Shown here piece by piece: positions 58,271-64,000 of a stretch of DNA of 64,000 nucleotides (the first letter of the stretch is position 1; each line of letters starts with the position of its first letter). The position numbers were made by a program, and so were the translations under genes. Source of the DNA: Alphaproteobacteria bacterium (GTDB lineage: Bacteria; Pseudomonadota; Alphaproteobacteria; JAEULC01); the NCBI GenBank assembly GCA_023150455.1, contig JAKLKW010000003.1, forward strand, positions 5,887 through 69,886. Reading direction: 5' to 3'. The notes beneath the pieces are model-generated. The model was not told the origin of the DNA. It ran no database searches and was given only the letters and a program-made list of their open reading frames with translations.

Positions 58271-59383
58271 ATGACCAGGCGCCCCCTTCACGTCAGCGTC
58301 ATCGTGTTCCCCGAATGCGATCCGTCGATCATCTACGGCGTGTACGACACGCTTTGGGCCGCGGGCCGGCTGTCGAGCGCGATCAGCGGCGGGGCGCGCG
58401 GAACGCCGCTCTTCGAGCCGCGGGTCGTCGCGGCCGATGCCGGACCGTTGCTGCTGGTGACCGGCGTCAGCGTCGTCCCGCAGGACCGCATCGCCGACGT
58501 CGCCCGTACCGATATCGTCTTCGTGCCGAACGTGCTGGTCGAGGCGAGCGCCGACCTGCGCGCGCTCGACCGGCGGCTGCTCGACTGGATCAGGGACCGA
58601 TATCGCGGCGGCGCACAGCTCTACGCCGCCTGCGGCGGATCGCTCGTCCTGGCCGAGGCCGGGCTGCTCGACGGCCACGAGGCGACCACGCATTGGGGCT
58701 ACGCGCCGCTGTTCCGCCGGCTCTACCCCAAGGTCGTTCTGCACGAGGACCGCATCCTGGTGCAGAGCGGTCCCGGCCACGACATCGTCTGCTCCGGCGG
58801 CGCCTCGTCCTGGCAGGACCTCGCGCTCCTGCTCATCGCCAGGCACGGCGGCACGGAAGAGGCGATCCGGATCTCGAAGCTGTTCCTCTACCAGTGGCAC
58901 CGCGAGGGACAGCTTCCCTTCGCCTCGATGATCCAGAACGTCGATCACGGCGACGCCGCGATCCTGCGCTGCCAGACCTGGCTCGCCGACAACTACCACC
59001 GCGCGGACATCGTCGCCGCGCTGGTCGGCTATTCCGGCTTGCCCAAGCGCACCTTCGACCGCCGCTTCCGGCAGGCGACCGGCTATGCGCCGCTGGCCTA
59101 TGTGCAGGCGCTGCGCATCGAGGAGGCCAAGCAGATGCTGGAGACCGGCCCGGCGCCGGTCGAAGAGGTCGCGCGCGAGGTCGGCTATGCCGACACGGCC
59201 TCGTTCCGCCGCCTGTTCCGCCGGCTGGCCGGGATGACGCCGGGCGACTACCGGCGCAAGTTCCAGCTGCCGAAGTTCGTCGGGCGCGCCGTGGCGCAAG
59301 GACGCGAGGCACGACCGCCCGCCCCTGCGGCGCCGGGCAAGGGCGCCACGTCCAGCCAGCCGGTCAGGGCGCGCGAACCTTGA
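58271..59383 (+). CDS. GlxA-family transcriptional regulator (DJ-1/PfpI domain + AraC HTH)
   Basis: N-terminal class I glutamine-amidotransferase-like domain and C-terminal AraC double HTH (AREVGYADTASFRRLFRRLAGMTPGDYR). Confidence 0.85.
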   Translation: MTRRPLHVSVIVFPECDPSIIYGVYDTLWAAGRLSSAISGGARGTPLFEPRVVAADAGPLLLVTGVSVVPQDRIADVARTDIVFVPNVLVEASADLRALDRRLLDWIRDRYRGGAQLYAACGGSLVLAEAGLLDGHEATTHWGYAPLFRRLYPKVVLHEDRILVQSGPGHDIVCSGGASSWQDLALLLIARHGGTEEAIRISKLFLYQWHREGQLPFASMIQNVDHGDAAILRCQTWLADNYHRADIVAALVGYSGLPKRTFDRRFRQATGYAPLAYVQALRIEEAKQMLETGPAPVEEVAREVGYADTASFRRLFRRLAGMTPGDYRRKFQLPKFVGRAVAQGREARPPAPAAPGKGATSSQPVRAREP

Positions 59384-59404
59384 GGCCGCGCCGGACCGGC
59401 CGCC

Positions 59405-59812
59405 CTAGTCGCAGAAATAGCTGGTGTTGAAGTGAAAGCAGTTGCGGCCGCTATAGGTGCTGGGCGCGTCCTGCTGGCCCAGGCGCGACTGGGTGTCGCC
59501 GAGGCGGCGGATGCGGTCGTCCACGCCGAAGATGCGCGTGTTGTCGACCTGGTACTGGGTCGGGCCGGAGCGGCCGATGCTCGTCACCGCCGGCTTGCCG
59601 TCGGCGGCCTGGGCGGCGCTCGGCTGGGCCGCCTGCGCCGGGTCGTACTGGGTGCCGTCCTTGCAGTAGGTCGTGCCGCCGATGGTCTGGCATTGCGGCT
59701 CCGGCTGGGCCTGCTGGCCCGGCTGCGCCTGCTGGGCGCCCGCCGGCGCGGCCGCGAGCGTCAGCAGTACCGCCGCCGCCAGGGCCAGGCTCGTCCTTGC
59801 CATACCGCGCAT
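59405..59812 (-). CDS. Small secreted Gln/Ala-rich protein with a C-terminal Cys pair
   Basis: Signal peptide MARTSLALAAAVLLTLAAAPAGA. 4 Cys. No family recognised. Confidence 0.5.
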   Translation of the reverse strand: MRGMARTSLALAAAVLLTLAAAPAGAQQAQPGQQAQPEPQCQTIGGTTYCKDGTQYDPAQAAQPSAAQAADGKPAVTSIGRSGPTQYQVDNTRIFGVDDRIRRLGDTQSRLGQQDAPSTYSGRNCFHFNTSYFCD

Positions 59813-59992
59813 CGACTACCGTCCGTTCCGGGCCGCGACTTCTGGTGGAAATATATAGACGCCGGCCGGGGGCGACTCAAGGAGTCCGGCCACAGCGCTC
59901 GCGTGACGGTGCAGGGGCGCCACAGTCCCTGGTTCCCGGGCCGGTTCGCCCGGGTCGGTTACGCCAGCCACGCGTCCTGGTAGGATATCGCC

Positions 59993-61894
59993 GTGCACAC
60001 CACGCCCATTCCCGACGCCGGCGCGCCCGGCGAAGTTGCCGCCGCCGCCCGGCGCGGGTCCCAAGACAGCCGGCGCGCGACGGCGCGCGGCCGGACGATC
60101 CGCCGCCTGCCGGAGACGCTGGTCAACCGCATCGCCGCCGGCGAGGTGATCGAGCGCCCGGCCGCGGCGGTCAAGGAACTGGTCGAGAACGCGATCGATG
60201 CCGGCGCCACGAGGATCGACGTGGCCCTGCGCGACGGCGGCGTCAGCCTGATCACGGTCCTGGACGACGGCCAGGGCATGGCCCGCGAGGAACTGGTCCT
60301 GGCGATCGAGCGCCATGCCACGTCGAAGCTGCCGGAGGACGACCTGAGCCAGATCGACACGCTGGGCTTCCGCGGCGAGGCCCTGCCGTCGATCGGCGCC
60401 GTCAGCCGCCTCGCCATCACGAGCCGCCCGCGCGGACAGGAGCAGGCCTGGCGCATCGAGGTGATCGGCGGCCGGGTGGCCGAGCCGGTGCCGGCCGGCC
60501 TCAACCCCGGCACCCAGGTGGCGGTGCGCGACCTGTTCTTCGCCACGCCGGCACGGCTCAAGTTCCTGAAGGAGCCGCGCACCGAGCTCGCGCACGCGGT
60601 CGACGCGGTCGAGCGGCTGGCCATGGCGCACCCGGCCATCGCCTTCTCCATCGCCGAGGAGGGCCGCCCGGCGCGCCGTTATGCCGCGGCCGCGGGCGAC
60701 CTGTTCGACGCCCGGCTCAGCCGGCTCTCCGCCATCCTCGGCCGCGACTTTGCCGCCAACGCGCTCAAGATCGAGGCCGAGCGCGCGGGCATGCGGCTCC
60801 TGGGCCATGCCGGCGTGCCGACCTTCAACCGGGCCACGGCGCAGCAGCAGTACCTCTTCGTCAACGGAAGGCCGGTGCGCGACCGGCTGCTCGGCGGCGC
60901 GGTGCGCGCCGCCTACCAGGACTTCCTGGCGCGCGACCGCCATCCGGTCGTGGCGCTGTTCCTCGAGATCGACCCGCGCATGGTCGACGTCAACGTGCAT
61001 CCGGCCAAGGCCGAGGTGCGTTTCCGCGACTCGGGCGTGGTGCGCGGCCTGATCGTCGGCGCCCTGCGCCAGGCGCTGATGGCGGCCGGCCACCAGGCAT
61101 CGACCACCGTCGCCGGCCAGGCGCTGAACGCGTTCCGCCCCGGCGGCCCGATCGGCGGCGCAGCCGTCATGCACGCCTCCGGCGCGCTGCGCGAGGAGCT
61201 CGCCCAATGGCAGGGACCGCCCGGCGCGCCGGGGTCGGCCCCCGCGCTCCCGGGCCTCGGAACGGTGCCCGCGGCCAACGTGGCGGCGCCGGCCGCCGAC
61301 GAGCGCATGCTCGCCTTCCCCCTGGGCGCCGCACGCGCGCAGCTGCACGGCACGTACATCCTGGCGCAGACGGCGGACGGCATCGTCATCGTCGACCAGC
61401 ACGCGGCGCACGAGCGCCTGGTCTACGAGCGCATGAAGCGGGCGCTCGCCGAATCGGGCGTGGCGCGCCAGGTGCTGCTCATCCCCGAGGTGGTCGAGCT
61501 GGGCGAGGCGGCGGCCGAACGCCTGCTCGCGCGGCTCGGCGAGTTGAAGGAGCTCGGCCTCGTCATCGACCGCTTCGGCCGCGGCGCCGTCGCCGTGCGC
61601 GAGGTGCCGGCGCTGCTCGGCAAGGTCGACGTGAAGGGCCTGGTGCGCGACCTCGCCGAGGAGATCGCCGAGCTCGACGGCCACCTGGCGCTGAAGGAGA
61701 AGCTCGAGGAGGTATGCGGCACGATGGCCTGCCACGGCAGCGTGCGCGCCGGCCGGGCGCTCAACGCCGAGGAGATGAACGCGCTGCTGCGGCAGATGGA
61801 AGCGACGCCGCATTCCGGCCAGTGCAACCACGGCCGCCCGACCTACGTCGCGTTGAAGCTCGCCGACATCGAGCGCCTGTTCGGCCGGCGCTAG
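59993..61894 (+). CDS. mutL: DNA mismatch repair protein MutL
   Basis: GHKL ATPase motifs ([24 protein letters not shown]) and a C-terminal dimerisation domain with a CxHGRP-like region (QCNHGRPT). GTG start with a roughly 35-aa N-terminal extension. Confidence 0.9.
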   Translation: MHTTPIPDAGAPGEVAAAARRGSQDSRRATARGRTIRRLPETLVNRIAAGEVIERPAAAVKELVENAIDAGATRIDVALRDGGVSLITVLDDGQGMAREELVLAIERHATSKLPEDDLSQIDTLGFRGEALPSIGAVSRLAITSRPRGQEQAWRIEVIGGRVAEPVPAGLNPGTQVAVRDLFFATPARLKFLKEPRTELAHAVDAVERLAMAHPAIAFSIAEEGRPARRYAAAAGDLFDARLSRLSAILGRDFAANALKIEAERAGMRLLGHAGVPTFNRATAQQQYLFVNGRPVRDRLLGGAVRAAYQDFLARDRHPVVALFLEIDPRMVDVNVHPAKAEVRFRDSGVVRGLIVGALRQALMAAGHQASTTVAGQALNAFRPGGPIGGAAVMHASGALREELAQWQGPPGAPGSAPALPGLGTVPAANVAAPAADERMLAFPLGAARAQLHGTYILAQTADGIVIVDQHAAHERLVYERMKRALAESGVARQVLLIPEVVELGEAAAERLLARLGELKELGLVIDRFGRGAVAVREVPALLGKVDVKGLVRDLAEEIAELDGHLALKEKLEEVCGTMACHGSVRAGRALNAEEMNALLRQMEATPHSGQCNHGRPTYVALKLADIERLFGRR

Positions 61895-62059
61895 AACCGA
61901 CCGCCCGCCGATTCCCGCAATTCGCGCAACATTTCGTTTGGAACGCCGAATCCCGTCGTGTACTATATTTAGAAGTGGCACGTAGGCTTGCCTACGACAT
62001 GTCGTCGATGCCTCGGGGGAGGCTCAAGCGGCATAAGGCTGGCGGGGTTCGGTAAGAAA

Positions 62060-62278
62060 ATGACTCTGAGACTGCACACGATCATCGAAAGCGATGGCAG
62101 CCTGATGGCGCGGCGGCCCAAGACCAAGTACCAGGCCGCCACGGTGATGAGCATCTACCTGCCCGAGCACCTGGCGGCGGCGCTCGACGAGTTCCGCCGT
62201 CCGCATGGGCTGACCCGCAGCGAGGCGATCACCGCCATCCTGCGCGGCTTCTTCCCGCAGGAATCCGAGGCGGCCTGA
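62060..62278 (+). CDS. Ribbon-helix-helix (CopG family) protein
   Basis: 72 aa. MSIYLPEHLAAALDEFRRPHGLTRSEAITAILRGFF is a classic RHH beta-alpha-alpha unit. An AT-rich tactatatttag -10-like region and a cgtaggcttgcctacg palindrome lie upstream. Confidence 0.6.
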   Translation: MTLRLHTIIESDGSLMARRPKTKYQAATVMSIYLPEHLAAALDEFRRPHGLTRSEAITAILRGFFPQESEAA

Positions 62279-62359
62279 TCGCGGAAGGCGGCGGACCGGG
62301 ATCCGACGGGAGGAGACTCCTCTTTCATCCGATGCCCGATCCCTGATACCAGTCATCCG

Positions 62360-63250
62360 ATGAGCAAGCCCAAGGTGAACTGGCGCGGCTCCTTCGCCGT
62401 GATCGTGACGCCGTTCCAGAAGAACGGCGCGATCGACGAGAAGGGCTACCGCAAGGTGGTCGAGTTCGTGATCAAGGCAGGCTGCAGCGGCGTGATCGCC
62501 GCCGGCAGCACCGGCGAGTTCTTCCTCATGTCGGACGAGGAGCGCGGCCGCGTGTTCGACCTGGCGGTCGACCAGGCCAAGGGCCGCGTGCCGGTGGTGG
62601 GCTGCCCCGCCGCCATCCGCACCGAGGAGGTCGTCCGGCTGACGCGGCGCGCCGCCGAGGCCGGCTGCCAGGGCGTGATGGTGCTGCCGCCGCTCTACAT
62701 CAAGCTGACCGAGCGCGAGGTGAAGGAGTTCTATCGCCGGGTCTCGGGCGAAGGCGGGCTGCCGATCATGCTGTACAACAGCCCGCGCTACGTGAACAAC
62801 CCGCTCTACGCGCCGCTGGTGGCCGAGCTGATGGAGATCGAGAACGTCGTCGCCATCAAGGACTCGACCTGGGACATCTATACCTGCGGCGAGCTGTTGC
62901 GGCAGTGCCCGGGGCTCACGGTGTTCGTCGGGCTCGAGGACCTGGTCGTCCCCGCCGTCGCGATCGGCGCGCACGGGGTCGTCGCTATGCTGCCGCAGGT
63001 GCTGGGCCGCACCGCGGTCAGGCTCTACGAGGCCGCCGCCGCGGGCCGCGTCGCCGAGGCGCGCAGGCTCCATTTCACCATGCTGCGCGCCTACGACATC
63101 CTGAAGGTCGGCAGCGCCTATATCGGCATCAAGGAGGCGATGAACCTCCTCGGCCTGCCGGGCGGCCACAGCCGCCCGCCCATGCTGCCCTTCACGCGCG
63201 AGCAGCGCGCCGCGGTGCGCTCGATCCTGGAAGAGCTGGAACTGCTGTAG
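62360..63250 (+). CDS. Dihydrodipicolinate synthase family lyase (DapA/NAL superfamily)
   Basis: GSTGEF motif, catalytic Lys in VAIKDST, Tyr in MLYNSPRY. Confidence 0.85.
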   Translation: MSKPKVNWRGSFAVIVTPFQKNGAIDEKGYRKVVEFVIKAGCSGVIAAGSTGEFFLMSDEERGRVFDLAVDQAKGRVPVVGCPAAIRTEEVVRLTRRAAEAGCQGVMVLPPLYIKLTEREVKEFYRRVSGEGGLPIMLYNSPRYVNNPLYAPLVAELMEIENVVAIKDSTWDIYTCGELLRQCPGLTVFVGLEDLVVPAVAIGAHGVVAMLPQVLGRTAVRLYEAAAAGRVAEARRLHFTMLRAYDILKVGSAYIGIKEAMNLLGLPGGHSRPPMLPFTREQRAAVRSILEELELL

Positions 63251-63260
63251 AAGCCGTCGC

Positions 63261-64000
63261 CTATTGCAGCGCGCCGACGTCGCGGTAGTAGCGCTCGGCG
63301 CCGGGATGCAGCGGCACGGCAAGACCGCTCAGCGCCGTCTCCATCTTGATCTGGCGGCCCTTCGGGTGGCTTTTCTCGAGCGCCTGCTGCGTCTGCGGCG
63401 TCCACATCACCGCGGTGATGTCGCGCACCAGCGCCTCGGGCACGTTGGCCGAGACCAGCCACTGCGCGCCGACCGCCAGGGTCTCGGTGCGGCCGACGCC
63501 CTTGTAGGTGCCGACCGGCACGATGTCGGCCGAGAAGAACTTGTAGCGGGCCCGCAGCCGCTTCGCCGCCTCGCCGACGATGGGCACCAGGTCGATCGCC
63601 ACGGCATTGGCCAGCTCGGTCACCGCCGGCGCGGGATAGCCGGCGAAGAAGAAGAAGGCGTCGAGCGTCCCGTCCTTCATGCGCTGCACCGCCTGGTCCG
63701 AGGGGATGTGCTGCGCCTTGAGGTCGGATTCGCGCAGGCCATAGGCATCGAGGATCAGCTGCGCCGAGGCGAAGGTGCCCGAGCCGATCTCGTCGAGCGA
63801 AACGGCGCGCCCGCGCAGGTCGCGCACCGTGGCGACGCTGGCGCCCTTGCGCACGACAACATGGACGTGCTCGGGGTAGAGATTGGCGATCGCGCGCAGC
63901 GAGGTCAGCGCCGGCTTGCCGCGGAACGGGCCGGTGCCGGTGTAGGCGGCATAGGCGATGTCGGCCTGCGCGAAGCCCGAATCGACCGCGCCCGAGGCGA
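63261..64000 (-). CDS. TAXI-family TRAP transporter solute receptor (C-terminal part; the gene continues past the window end)
   Basis: TAXI-like motifs (GSGTFASAQLILDAYG, AFFFFAGYPAPAV). The ORF is open to the window edge. Confidence 0.7.
   Translation of the reverse strand, partial: ASGAVDSGFAQADIAYAAYTGTGPFRGKPALTSLRAIANLYPEHVHVVVRKGASVATVRDLRGRAVSLDEIGSGTFASAQLILDAYGLRESDLKAQHIPSDQAVQRMKDGTLDAFFFFAGYPAPAVTELANAVAIDLVPIVGEAAKRLRARYKFFSADIVPVGTYKGVGRTETLAVGAQWLVSANVPEALVRDITAVMWTPQTQQALEKSHPKGRQIKMETALSGLAVPLHPGAERYYRDVGALQ

Noticed and set aside
59993-60100. Possibility that mutL starts downstream of the GTG at 59993, removing the roughly 35-aa N-terminal extension.
   Set aside because: No in-frame ATG, GTG or TTG exists between 59993 and the conserved IRRLPE...NRIAAGEV region, so the extended start is retained.

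Overview
High-GC (about 68-70%) chromosomal segment, most consistent with an alphaproteobacterium. This rests on codon usage, the conserved ribF-ileS-lspA-DUF3035-M16-pair synteny, gpsA and mutL. Family names below come from motifs I could read in the translations, not from database searches.

I call about 70 protein-coding genes, mostly housekeeping or accessory metabolism:
- HD-GYP phosphodiesterase and a DapC-like aminotransferase.
- A minus-strand hydroxyacid/sugar-acid operon: 2-hydroxyacid dehydrogenase, Ldh_2 dehydrogenase, cupin, split UxaA-type dehydratase, Old Yellow Enzyme.
- A Fe(III)-type ABC importer with two tandem paralogous binding proteins.
- gpsA, then an EVE / Rieske / enolase-superfamily cluster, acyl-CoA dehydrogenase and BHMT-like methyltransferase.
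- A TetR-flanked oxidoreductase island: Gfo/Idh/MocA, NTF2-like, PhyH dioxygenase, Asp/Glu-racemase family, small PAS protein, DadA.
- DMT transporter, orphan cytoplasmic PAS histidine kinase, MaoC, ribF-ileS-lspA, two M16 peptidases, and a 2OG-Fe(II) oxygenase.
- A TadE/TadE/TadG-like trio and a polymerase-less PolX-N-terminal-like HhH protein.
- MBL hydrolase, YcbB-like L,D-transpeptidase and YcbK/DUF882, SAM methyltransferase, GlxA-type AraC regulator, mutL, CopG, DapA-family lyase, and a partial TAXI TRAP receptor.

I recognised no rRNA, tRNA, CRISPR array, intact IS element or prophage.

Non-coding highlights:
- A GC-rich two-hairpin REP-like repeat family at five loci, in both orientations, with 1-4 tandem units and GATC in both loops.
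- A low-GC nested-palindrome MITE-like element with a second half-copy; both copies sit between convergent genes.
- A perfect 28-bp inverted repeat between the TetR gene and the oxidoreductase gene.
- A C-rich/G-rich long hairpin inside the ABC operon.

Candidate under-described loci:
- A FecR-domain secreted internal-repeat protein module.
- The orphan TadE/G trio.
- The PolX-like HhH protein with flanking small ORFs.
- A low-GC pair of overlapping small ORFs.
- A cupin carrying a histone-H1-like tail.

None of these can be confirmed as a new system from sequence alone.
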